Source: Dicyema japonicum (lineage: Eukaryota > Animalia > Dicyemida). Taken from it: a stretch of DNA of 33,000 nucleotides. The notes beneath the pieces are model-generated. The model saw nothing but the letters and a program-made list of their open reading frames with translations, was not told the DNA's origin and made no database searches. Made by a program: the position numbers and the translations under genes. The stretch lies in contig RDEW01000004.1 of the NCBI GenBank assembly GCA_011109175.1, positions 1,790,355-1,823,354 on the forward strand, given 5' to 3'. Positions 10,290 to 21,558 of the stretch are shown here, in pieces (position 1 is the first letter of the stretch; each line of letters starts with the position of its first letter).

Positions 10290-10870
10290 GAAAGGTGCGG
10301 ATGTAGTGGCGCTTGGATCGATGCCAGTCATGAGTCACTTTGATGACGATATCCATCAGACTTGGACTGAAGATTTGCAGACTCACAAGTGCCGGTGGCA
10401 TGGTACTGTAGACTGTTATGGACATCATGCCCTTTCTTGTCGGAAGGCGATGAACGGATTGTTAATCGAGTCTGCTGGATACTCCTTCATAATTGAACCT
10501 GTTGGCCGGACAGAGATAGAAAACGGCCGGACGGAATTAAAATTTTTCCATCGAGGAAGGGAAGCCTTTGGTATGGAATACTACGTGTGTCGACTCCCTT
10601 TATCTATCCAACATTGTCGGGAGCGCAGTAGACACACTGTATGCCGCGGAAAAAAACAATGAAATCAAAAAAGAAAAAATTCGAAGCGTTGCTCGATCGG
10701 TTCACGTTCTGCCCCATCGTAATTGAGACAACAGGACGACTAAGCGGGAAATATCTTCGTTTCTTAGACTGGGACGCCTAGCTACACTAAAAAGCCATGA
10801 CGCACGGTGGCTTCTCCAGTTTATCTCTGTTGCAATCGTTAGGGGCAATGCAACGTCGATTATGTCGTCG
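10290..10870 (+). mobile_element. Degenerate CRE-like non-LTR retrotransposon C-terminus, copy 3
   Basis: SGAWIDA, HKCRWHGTVDCYGHHALSCRK (zinc knuckle), SAGYSFIIEPVG, KRPDG (10521-10535), LVWNTTCVDS, KKKKFEALLDRFTFCPIVIETTG and WLLQFISVAIVRGNATSI, in order across frameshifts. Confidence 0.85.
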
Positions 10871-11554
10871 GGGATCATTTTTGATTGGGTTTTGTGTTTT
10901 CATAAATATATTAATCAAATAAACTATAATTATATTCAAATAAATTGGCCTTCATTGGCGTCATCTGGATACCTTCTAAGTGTAACCTGCTACCCTGGAC
11001 AGGAGAGACTAAAAAATTAAAAGATTTTGGTTCAAGAGAGTAGAATTTGTCTAATATTATAATACAGTAGCACCAATCTCATTGAGAGTGTCCACCATAT
11101 GCAATGTCACTACAAATGCCCCAAACACTAAATTACCTAAAATGAAAGGTGATTACCCAAAACAGGACCTTTCTCAGCCTCATCATTCCTACAATGCATT
11201 TGTTGATAAAACCCCCTGATTGACTATTTTCCAGAAATTTAATTTTTCTCTCTGTTGTGCAGATTCCTAAATTAATTAAAGGTGAAAACTAACTAACACT
11301 AGTATCTGTTACATGAAGGTCACTATAACATTTATTTTAGTGTAACCGTAATGGACATTTAACATACAAACAGTCCGATAGGCCTCTTGTAATCTCGTCA
11401 TTAAATTCTTGTCTATTCAACCAAGTTTTATGACGCAAAACATCGTCTTGATTCCTTTATGAGACAATAATGTACTTTAAAGTTTTTTTGATAACTAGTG
11501 ACTCAATATGGTTATCAAGAAAACTTCTTTGTGGATACAAACGAATCCCATGCG

Positions 11555-12156
11555 AGGTACTAGGACATTTGGCAGACAGACATTAGGCCGACAGATATTA
11601 GGCCGATAGATTTGGCCGACAGACGTTTAGCCGACACACCCCTACGTACTAGGACATTTGGCCGATTAGGTTTTCAGTTATACACATGTTACATTATGTG
11701 AAACATGTACGGTTCCATTAGTGTACGCTATTGCTCGAAAAAATCTCAACAAATGTATGAACAAATATTTTCTACTTTCACTTTGGGCAGTGTTTATGGC
11801 GAAAAATACAAAATCTAGGACTGCAGGCATGGTATAATGACCCAGCAAATGCAGACTTAATTAAAAGTATTCAAGCACTGGCATTTGTTCCTGTACCTCA
11901 AGTCATTGAGAGTTTCCGAGCGCTCCTTGAAACTATAGATGACGGGACTGATGACGTGTTGGGAGATATTCTGACCTATTTTGAGACAACATGGATCGGA
12001 GCCTTGCAACGTGGAGGAGAAGACCATTGTTTAGTTTGGAAATGTGGAATGTACACGACAGACAGGCAGAAGGCCTCCCAAGAACTACGAATTCACTTGA
12101 AGGATACCAGAATTTCCTGTCGGCCAAATGTCTGTTGACCAAATGTCCGGACACCC
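11555..12156 (+). mobile_element. Internally deleted MULE (Mutator-like) element retaining both TIRs and the C-terminal part of the transposase
   Basis: FYFHFGQCLWRKIQNLGL..ALAFVP..YFETTWIG (from 11770), then after one frameshift RRRPLFSLEMWNVHD..LPRTTNSLEGY. The left end has tandem GACATT(T/A)GGCCGACA units (11563-11665), inverted at 12118-12148. No convincing TSD. Confidence 0.85.
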
Positions 12157-12384
12157 ATGGGAGGGACAATTTTGACCTTCGAATGATAAACTCCGATTCT
12201 ATGGAGAGAAGTTCGTATTTCCACAGTTTTTAATATTTCACTTTCTGAAGATTTTTTTAATTAAGAAATAAACTGCATATATTCCATATTATTGACTTTG
12301 CAAAAAAAAATTCTCTGAGTTTTTAGACAAAATTAAAACTTTCGATTTTCCTACTAGGTCCTTTTTCTCTATTTTTATTGAATT

Positions 12385-12430
12385 ATTGAATCCACCTAAC
12401 GCTGGAGACTTTCAAGGCCTGACCGGCATC
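12385..12430 (+). repeat. Short GC-rich dispersed repeat, partial copy C
   Basis: ATTGAATCCACCTAAC is identical to 21379-21394 and is followed by GGAGAC..GGCCTGACCGGCATC. Confidence 0.65.
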
Positions 12431-13632
12431 CCTACTCCAGTAGTAAAGTTCTCATACTGGCGGATGCTTTAAAGACGTGATGCTGGGAAAGAATGCGTCT
12501 CACTTTAAGAGGGAGACTAACTAATCCCTTGATCTTTACACGCAATCCAGTGGTCATTGTACTGAAAACTGAGGTCGTTACCAGAACTCGTCGCCAGGTA
12601 ACGTAATGCCAGCGGACGCACCCAGAGATACGACATGTGTTTTTGCTTCTGTGCACAATTCGGTGGCAGATTTTGGTCTTATTGGCCTCTTGTCATTTAA
12701 TATTATTATTATTTTTATTTAATGTTGAATGATTTCGTTTATAAAATATTAATTCTAATAAAAATATAATTTTATTTATATTTACTGGATAACCTAAAAA
12801 GAAAATAAAATTTAAAACTAAAAATTAAACGAACGGCAATTTAAATGATTAGTGTACGACAATATTTACACAAACGAACTGGAAAATTTGGAATTATTTG
12901 GTAATAAACTTATAGTAATCACAGGTTTGCTGCTACAAACTATGGGAAAATAACGAAAAAAAACTACTGTAAAATGATTTCGTAGAAAACTGGTAAGATC
13001 ATGATTAACATAAAGTTTTGAGTTATTAGCACATGTGGGAGGTTTACATGACCAAGATACTAAAATTTCGCTATATTTGTCAGGAAAATTATTCATCGGA
13101 ATCGTAAGGATCACTTTAAACAGATTTCGTTGTTACTTGGTAAATCATAGAGTAATAATAACAGAGGATATTATGAATGATTAAATTGTTAAAACAAAAA
13201 AGGACAAAATCTGATAAAAAGTCTAAATTATATAATGAAATTCGTGATATTGACTTTGAATTGAAAATATTCCCAATATAGTATTATGTAATATTTAGTC
13301 AATTTCAGGTTGTTCTGCCATTTATAAGATATTTTAGACAGTTTTGCTGTTGATCTTCGCTTAATGTCACTACCAGAAGAATGGGTTGGAACTGAATCCG
13401 TCATTGAGGATTTGTGCCCTCCTGTCAATGAAAATGATTATCAAGAATATTATAATCTACTACTCTCTCCGTCAATTCGAGCGGAACAGCCGACTTTACT
13501 GAAGCGTACTGTTTACTTAAGCAAGTGACACTGTTTTGGATCCTTCCATCAGCAAAAGGATTCTTTCCAATCAAGATATATGGGCTTCTGTAATCTCCAA
13601 AGGTATTAATTTTGATATTTTAACTATTATTC

Positions 13633-13858
13633 ATTTATATTCATAATCATTTAAGCACTGGAGATCTCCGCGAACGCCGCTGGCTATTTGAGCGAATTTC
13701 GCTCGCAATTTTGAGAGGGAACAGCCACGCGGTGAGGGCGGCAACTACCTGACTTCTATTGTTTAAATTTATAAAGCCAAAATAAAAATTATTTTTTTTT
13801 TAAATCATTCGAGTGTTACATTAATATATTAATTTATATTCATAACCATTCAAGCGCT
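13633..13858 (+). repeat. 27-bp imperfect direct repeats flanking a GC-rich island with a small hairpin
   Basis: 13633-13659 versus 13832-13858 differ at 3 positions. GAGCGAATTTCGCTC hairpin at 13690-13704. Confidence 0.6.
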
Positions 13859-13979
13859 ACATTATCATATAAGTTTTTATAGTCAGTACTTATATTATTA
13901 CGGACCAGAACACAAAATCCAGCCCATTGAAATTTTCTTAATCGAATTACAACGGAAACTCTTAAAGGAGGCTAGTTTA

Positions 13980-14177
13980 CCGAGCTGCCCTCTATTCCAT
14001 ACACTATCGAAATTTCTACAATCATACAGAAAATTTGAGCCGTCCAATGAGAAGAGCTGTTCAGGATTATCGACCCCACCGGACTCGTCCACTCCTTCGT
14101 CTGTCTGGGATCACTTAGTTAGTTAGATGAGAACTATTATTTCTTTCTCTTTGACCCAGTGATCCTGGGGTAATAAT
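13980..14177 (+). mobile_element. 5'-truncated 3' end of the LINE family also seen at 20150-21363
   Basis: CPLF...YRKFEPS, ORF end LSGIT* (GGGATCACTTAG, 14107-14118), TTTCTCT, AGTGATCCTGGGG and a TAATAAT tail, paralleling 21230-21363. Confidence 0.6.
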
Positions 14178-15784
14178 ACTTATATTATAGATTGGGGTTT
14201 TGAGGGCAAAGAGATTGCAAACGGATAATCCCGCAAATTATAGTCTCGCCAAATTAAGAGAAAATCGTGAAAATGGAGATAGGACACTTTTTGTATTATC
14301 AAGTACAATCCCAAAGATAGCCCAACAAATGAACTCCTTAGTTAACAAATATGGTATAATATATATTATGAGAATTATTGAATAATATGGGCTGACTAAA
14401 ATATACTACATTTGTTAGAAAATCAAATATAAACGAATTATTGGACAGTAGAACGACCGCCCTTCGTAGCATTGAAATGATGAGCCATCAAAGTGACAAC
14501 GAAGAGGGAATCGGGGATACCAAATGAGCATTCCAGAGATAGATTCCCATGAAATACTGTTTTTATTTAAAAGTAACTTATCACTGAGTGAAAAAACGAG
14601 CGAATATGGACCACAGATACCTATTCTTCGGGACATTTCTCAGTCATCAAAAAGTTCAAGGAAAATCCCAATTAACAAAAGAATTCATTCAAAATGCTAG
14701 AAATGCATGTCCTCACAGAAATGACAACATTCTCATCAATTTGTCCTTCAACTATGTATTCTAAAAGTCATCTGCTGAGTACTTTAGTGATATTTTAGGT
14801 AATAATATATAAAGTAGTCCACTGCAAAAATAATAAAATCAGATGTTATCATAATACGGAGATATTCAAATTATTATTTTGTGATTTGTTTAAATTAGTT
14901 TTTTTTAATTCCACGGCTTATTAAAAAATTCAATAAACTAAAACCATCTTCTACCACAAGAGAATAAGGGTTATCATATATTTGAATGATTAGCCTGTTC
15001 ATGCCTTCCTTATACCATCTGTCTTTGGATTCTGGATTAATTTCCATAAGCTATGTTTCTTCTCATATCTTGGGGAGAATTCCATCTATGATTTAATTTA
15101 TGGACAAAGCTAATGGTTGGCTGGATTTGACCATTCTGAAGAAATCTCTGTGATCCATGGCGACGTATAGCGTTTCCCATGGCGACAGATGGATGTCCTT
15201 TTTGATTATCGCAGTAAAACTCTATAGCATCACCTCCAACCTGCTCTTCGTTGATAGTGAGAGCGAGGCGATCCATATTGTTACTTCTCGTCTCTTTTTA
15301 TGAACAAATGAACATTTTCCTGGTAAGTCTTTTAGATTATTTTAAAAACCAAAAACCAATTATTAATTTCAAAAAATGACAGTTCAGGTCAAATAGTGTC
15401 TACTCAGGAAGATATTAGTAAGACATAGTTTGGCTGGATAACTTGGTCCAACAAAAGACATCAAATGGTGTTGATTATTTTAATGTAATCAAAAATCGAT
15501 TATGATGAGAAAGCTATGGTTGTCATGGATATTCTTAGTGGAAATTTTTTAGAGGATATCTGTAAAAAAAGTTAGTTTTTCAGAGTATTGGGATGATGTA
15601 AAGAGTGACTGGATTGGAAGATATACCACTTGAAGTACCAAAACACCTATTTGAAGTGACCATTGAGTATTTACCTTATTGGAAGTCTCCAGGATATGAT
15701 TGATGGAGTTATTTCTTTTTAAAGAAATTAACGTTCTTTCATTAAGTAATCTTAACCAAATGATCAGAGTCATAGATGGGAGGA

Positions 15785-16500
15785 AGTGTCCCTGGTGATT
15801 GGTTTATATGTGAGTTATCTATCTGATACCAAAATTTGAATACCCGAAATCACCTAAGGAATTACGACCACTAACCTGCCCTCACTGTAAAAGCTAATGA
15901 CGAAGTACAAACTTAGAGAATATGTGGAACCTTTGGCCTTAGCTCTGAATACCAAATAGGAACAAAGAGAATGTGTTAATGGGCGGAAAAACAATTAAGT
16001 CAATATAGAAATATATAAAGCAAATGAGTATATTCTATTTTCTCTTTGGATTGACGTAAAGAAGACTTTCGACGTTGTTTAGTACTCTAGAAGAACGGGG
16101 ATGTGGACTTTAGTCTCAATGAGGCAATACTACATTTTGCCATGAGTTAAGTGACAAACTAAACCATTCAGTTAGAAATCTATTACTTAGAGGCTATCTT
16201 AGTAATTTTAAAATTACAAGGAAGACGGGGAAGGTTGAATATTAATGAATATCAGTTAATTATTAAAATAAACCAAGAAATGAAGAGTGGTGAAGATACT
16301 AAACAAATACTTGAATTTGAGGGATATGTTGTACTCTTGACATGGTAATATCAACCAAGCGTCAATATATAGAAAGTAAGTTCTTCCATAACAATTATAA
16401 TATAGAAATGGATGGACTAAGTATTACTTTAACTAATTTTGTAGTTAACTCACAAAACTTGAGATGATCTATTTCTCCAAATGGCGATATTATTATTAAC
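15785..16500 (+). mobile_element. Degenerate NeSL/R4-like non-LTR reverse transcriptase
   Basis: PGDWFI, YLIPKFEYPKSPKELRPLTC, SL*KLMTK, SEYQIGTKRMC*WAEKQL, WIDVKKTFDVV (16047-16079) and DDL (16463-16471), in canonical RT order. Confidence 0.8.
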
Positions 16501-16649
16501 TTCAATCATAATAATCCTATGAATTTATCACTATTACTTCAAGACACATGAACTAATAGTTATTGACACTACTCACACACGTGCTTTTCTAAGTAATTTG
16601 GCTTATATTTTCTTGTGTTGTTTGATTGTAGAAAATAATCGGTTCGTGG

Positions 16650-17330
16650 TAAATTGTGTATTTGTATGTCCAAAAAGATTATTTGAGTGAGCTAATTTTT
16701 GGATATCCCAAAATGTGGTAAAAAGATCTTTCGTAATAAATTTACGTAACAAATTTATTTTATGAAGGGGTTCCAAGGAATGGACGTCTTCTGCCTTTTA
16801 TGGATGTTCTGGATAGACTTGTGTGATGTTGGATCTTGGTCATAATAGTGGATCGATGATCTTTTAATTCTTTCTATTGTAGAATATTGAGTGAGTTATT
16901 GGGTCATTAATATTATCGAAATGTTACGTAACTTCCCGATTATGATTTCACAAACCAGGGATATTGATATGCTTAATGTACAAGTGATAAATGATTCATC
17001 ACTGAATCTTAGAATATTCATGACATGTGGCATTGAGGAGGCTGTTTATTTAGTGGATTGTAGAATATGTTTGTGAATAGTTTCGAAATATCTCATTTAC
17101 GTTCGAATATGTTTGAAGGAAAAGTCCCCATATTGATTGATTCTCTGTTTCGTGTGATGTTTGAAAAAATTATTGAAAATTTGAGGTTAGCGATAAGCGA
17201 TCGTTCACTGGAAAGTGAGCTTTATATTGAATGTTGCGAAACCTTTACGTGAAATAACATAATCAAATAGCCAATAACTTATAGATCAATTGGAAGACCC
17301 ATTTAGCTTAAAGCACGTGAGTGTGGTTTA
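16650..17330 (-). mobile_element. Highly degenerate LINE RT remnant
   Basis: Weak ordered motifs RLSLTS..F, NQYG, DISKLF, NIPGFVKS and FITKDL. No intact YADD seen. Confidence 0.4.
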
Positions 17331-18229
17331 CTAAGATTATTGAAGAGGGACAAGGACTTTTTTCTAATCGAGCCAGTTGTCTCGAATCAATAACATGGAA
17401 TCAAGTTATTTTAAGTGCTAACACGTGTTAAATTATTTTATTTTTTTATGTTCTCCAAATCCTGATTGTTTACTTTACACTTATCCTTCCTGGTCCAACT
17501 TTCAGTTAATCATTTGACGAAAATTAGGTGAGATATAAAATATATTCACATGCCCACGTGGTCATATGGTTTACTGGAACTTTAAAAGCTCATTTTAATA
17601 ATAATTTAGAGATTTGTAATCTGGACTCTGTAGGATTCGTGGAGAATATAATTAACTTATCTCAAGACTATTGAAGATATCACAAATTCAATTTCGGATT
17701 GATACAAGCATTCTTATCTGTCAGATTTGGGGGCATCCGTTTAACCTCTGTTGTGGACATTTCCTTGCACTCTTACCCGTCTTCATTATCATGCAACACG
17801 CTTCTGTGTCCTTCTAGATGACTGAAAATTGGGTCTGGATAAGAAAATTACTGCAGGATTGAGGAGTTAGTCAACGGCCTATGACGTTTCAGAGAAGGAT
17901 ATTTTGGAACGGAATCCTTACGGAGATATTACTGACTATATCTGAAACGACCTTCAGGCAGCTTTAAACTTCTGATTTATAAACCCTGAAGTAACAATTT
18001 TCCGAATTATTATTTCTCTTCTATGTATTGCTTTTTGAAAGTAAAAGTTCTAATCAGCTAGAATAGGCCAATGACGACTCTACGCATTAATTCAAGAACA
18101 TCAGATTGTCGGTTTAAAATGATTTATCGACTTATCCTCAGTTGATTCTGGTTATTACTTTTCACAGGGATGAAAACAATTCTTTGTTATGTTACCGTGG
18201 TTTTTTGGAATTTTTCATTCCATTTCATC

Positions 18230-18570
18230 AAAAGGGTCACCAAGAATATACGTGAGACTGGATGGCTACGAGAGCGTATCTCGATGGACTTTCTCAGAGG
18301 AAACAAGCAGGTGATTCAAGTTTCCTAGATTAAAATTAAACTAAATATATAATATATTTTATTTATTATAAAATACATCGTAATTAAAGTTATTAATAGT
18401 TTAGATCCTTACGTCATTAAATCGTAACCGGTCAACATCCGAAGTCTGGAAAACTACTCGAAATATCTCGAAGGTGGATGAAAGGACACCCGGAAATGAC
18501 GAATTCAGCCAAAAGGACATAAACGCCTTAATAAAATACTACGCGAAAATCTCTCACAAAAACCATATGA
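18230..18570 (+). mobile_element. Possible MULE transposase C-terminal remnant
   Basis: FWNFSFH..SPR..GW followed by HP/SEVWK and LIKYYAKISH resemble the MULE C-terminal WN..PRTNN..EGW, HP..W and YL..I.H motifs. The match is heavily degenerate. Confidence 0.4.
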
Positions 18571-18733
18571 GGACTTAAGTGACTTGTGAATAAAAATTAA
18601 TTATGTTTATTAAAACTAAATTTAATGATTATTATCTCTTAATTTTGTTTTACTGTGGTCTTGGGTTAAATAAATAAAATAAATAAAAATAAAATAATAA
18701 AACTTTTGAATAATTTAATTGATTCACTATTGC

Positions 18734-19260
18734 ATGTCGTTTCTCGTTAACCAAAAGGGAAATAGAAATTTAGAACATGATGGAAATCTGTATCATTTAA
18801 AATACAGGAAGGGACAAAGCACATATTAGAGGTGCTCAGGTCGTAATTGTCCTGGATCTGTAAAAACCATTCAATTCTGTGATGAAGTTTGGAGTCTGAA
18901 GCAACATAATCATCTTCCAAGGAGTGAATTTGTCAAGACAGCCTTAATACGGGAGGACATAAAGCAGAAATCACTCTTATGTGATTGTGTCCTAGACAGA
19001 TAATTAATAATTCTCTGATTGACAAAATTTGACGACTATTGCTTTGGCAGGGACTCATTCTTCTCTGGAACAACTGATTAATAAAACAATATAAAATATC
19101 CCACACGAAAGTGATGATTCAGTTCTTAATATTGAGGAGAATTTAATGTATACCTTACGAGGGCATAGATTATATCAGTTTGGACACAGTTTTCGCCAAA
19201 ATATTGGTATATTAATGATTAACTTTTCAGATGTTGAGACAAATTTAGATATTTACATCT
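18734..19260 (+). pseudogene. MULE-type transposase N-terminus with FLYWCH-like zinc finger, pseudogenised
   Basis: ATG at 18734 opens MSFLVNQKGNRNLEHDGNLYHLKYRKGQSTY*RCSGRNCPGSVKT..KQHNH, with TAG (18827-18829) replacing the W of YWRC. Downstream LMYTLRGHRLYQF resembles the MULE T..G..FL segment. Confidence 0.7.
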
Positions 19261-19323
19261 AAAATCAATAAACCACAATTAATTCACTATTTATTCATAA
19301 ATCGAATTATCCGTGTTAGAAAA

Positions 19324-19635
19324 GTGCATATTAAAAGTATGATCAGACTAGCCAAAAGTACAATGATATTGTTTCATATCTACAATGCAAGATCATCAAC
19401 CAAAATTTTACACGAATGCAAAAATTTCGGTTTATTAAGAAAGCCAATTTTTTTCTTGTTGGAAGATTCTAAACTCTTTACAAATGATGAAACTCATAAA
19501 CGTGTTATTGCTCAGGACGATGTTTAAAATATGAAGGTAGAATGCAGTAAACAGCATTTGACCACTCATTATGGAATCAATAAACTGAAAGAATTTTGCG
19601 ACAATTATTATTTCACAACTAAATACAATTTTTAA
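19324..19635 (+). pseudogene. Integrase zinc-binding (H2C2-type) N-terminal fragment, gypsy/Ginger-like
   Basis: FFLLEDSKLF..HKRVIAQDDV*NMKVECSKQHLTTHYGINKLKEFCDNYYF, with H-x3-H-x-G-x-N-K at 19555-19584. In-frame TAA at 19525-19527. Cys pair and DDE core not found. Confidence 0.55.
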
Positions 19636-20149
19636 TCTGAAAATTTTTAAGATTGGAAGTTATATAAGAATCGAAAAATCAAATAGTGGAGAATAATCCA
19701 TATTTATTGGTTAGCAAAATATATACAAGAAATTTTGATAGCAGCCTTCAACACTATTTGATAAATCCAATAATATATAGATATTGAAGAAAAAATGACA
19801 ATATAACAGAAAAACAAGACAAAATAAGAAACATTGGTTTTTTGGGTTAAATAATAATAAATAATAAAATAAGAAACAAAATACCAGCCACCACAACGCG
19901 GCAACCATGTGTCAAGTATATATATCTATTAAAAGGTTCGCCATATTTTAAAACAATTTTTAAAAATAAATAACTATTAAATTAGATAAGTCATAATTTT
20001 ACGAGACTTAATTAATTTAACTATAATGATCATGCCGTGTGGCACATCCACGTCTCAATGAAGAAGGGATAGAGATTTTGCGGCTCTTTTTCATATAAAT
20101 TGTGCAATGCCACCACATCGTAGGTGAGAAATCATGAAAAATACAAATC

Positions 20150-21363
20150 CAAAGTGCGGATGACATTTCAATAGCTAAATTGAAACACTTGGGGCCAATA
20201 GCAATCGATGCCCTTACTCAGATTTTCAATTACTCTGAATAGAAATGAGATTCCCTCATTATGGAAAAAATCACTTATACATCCAATACCTAAAAATGAA
20301 CAAAGCCTTAGACGACCCCCGGAGTTATCGTCCAATATCGATTCTTTGTGGCCTTTCAAGGACATTGGAAAAATAATCCTCCACAAGATCACTCATTCGC
20401 TTGATCTTGCAAGTTTCCAACATGGCTTTAGATCGGGATACTGAACTTCAACACATCAAACAAAACTAACTCGGTTCATCTCGTTTCTCAAGAATTCTCT
20501 ATATCACCAACCTTGTTCAATTTATTTACAAGAGACCTTCCAAATCCAAACATCCAAAATACCATCCTTCTGTCTTATGCCGACGATCTCATTGTCGCAG
20601 CAAAACACCAAGACCATAAAGAAGCTGCACGAAGGGTTCAGGAGACCCTCGACATTATGAACCCATGGTTCCTCAAAAACCTCATGAAAATATCCCCCTG
20701 GTAAGTCAAACACTGCGGTTATCTCCTTTTACAGAAACACATATCCTTCGATCCTAAATTAACTTGGAATGGAGAGCTTATCCCAGTTAATAAGAACCTA
20801 TCAATCCTTGGAGTTACATATGACCCGTTTATGACGTTCACACATCATTTTGGACACAATTATTTTAAGAGTTCAAAAAAAGATGGGGATCCTCAAGACT
20901 TTTGCTAGATCTCCAATATCTTAACTTTCTTATTTCAAATTATTATACAAACAGTATGTTCTACCGACAATGGAACATGCATGTACGGCGTACACCCTTT
21001 CAATATCCACGCAGAACAAATTAGAAATCAATACAAACGCAAATGCCTCCGGATCCTTCTTAAATGTGACAGAACGACGCTTACGTCAGAAATGAGTAAC
21101 ACGTAGATCTCAAAAAAATTATAAAACTATTGGTGGCGAACAACAAAAATTCTTGAAAATGGAGCGATCTTCCGGTAACCCCTTGAAGATGAGTTTCTAG
21201 CCTACCTAGAAGTATGCTCGCAAATTTGAGATCAAACCTTCTTCCTTTTGGACGATCATAAAAAAATTGCAGACAAAGTCGAAACAAAGGAGGACGCAAT
21301 GACACCGGGATCACTTAATTAGACAATAAATTTTTTCTCTGTGTTCCCGGGGTTATAATAATA
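20150..21363 (+). mobile_element. Degenerate jockey/I-like LINE: RT, C-terminus and (TAA)n tail
   Basis: DDISIAKLKHLGP, IPSLWKKSLIHPIPK, SYRPISIL, FQHGFR, SPTLFNLFTRDLP, YADD (20576-20587), ILGVTYDP, YKQYVLP, terminal GIT* (21307-21318) and a TAATAATAAT tail. RT subdomains between FQHGFR and SPTLFN are deleted. Confidence 0.9.
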
Positions 21364-21365
21364 AT

Positions 21366-21439
21366 GTCGCGTGGCGTCATTGAATCCACCTAACTGCGGA
21401 GACACCCAATGCCTTGCCGGCATCTAAAGGATCCAACTA
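21366..21439 (+). repeat. Short GC-rich dispersed repeat, copy D (internally deleted)
   Basis: GTCGCGTGGCGTCATTGAATCCACCTAACTGCGGAGACACCCAATGCCTTGCCGGCATCTAAAGGATCCAACTA. Ends in GGATCCAACTA like copy A. Confidence 0.75.
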
Positions 21440-21558
21440 TTCTTTCTCCGGGGACAATTTCGTTACTTGGAGACAAGTTCTGGAACGCAGAACGAGTCAG
21501 GATCAAGGAGTTGGTTAGTTTGGAATACCCTTGGTCTTTGGAATGAATTTAATTTAAT

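Noticed and set aside
11563-11665. Short spaced repeats superficially like a CRISPR array
   Set aside because: Units are about 15 bp with no unique spacers and no cas genes. They are mirrored at 12118-12148 as MULE TIR repeats.
15037-15276. 79-aa ORF; another frame gives SPWITEI (LINE linker-like)
   Set aside because: A single weak motif is insufficient for either a host gene or an element call.
18827-19527. In-frame TAG/TAA inside conserved domains suggesting stop-codon reassignment
   Set aside because: Stops replace different residues (W here, Y in the NeSL-like RT) and co-occur with frameshifts, which fits ordinary pseudogene decay.
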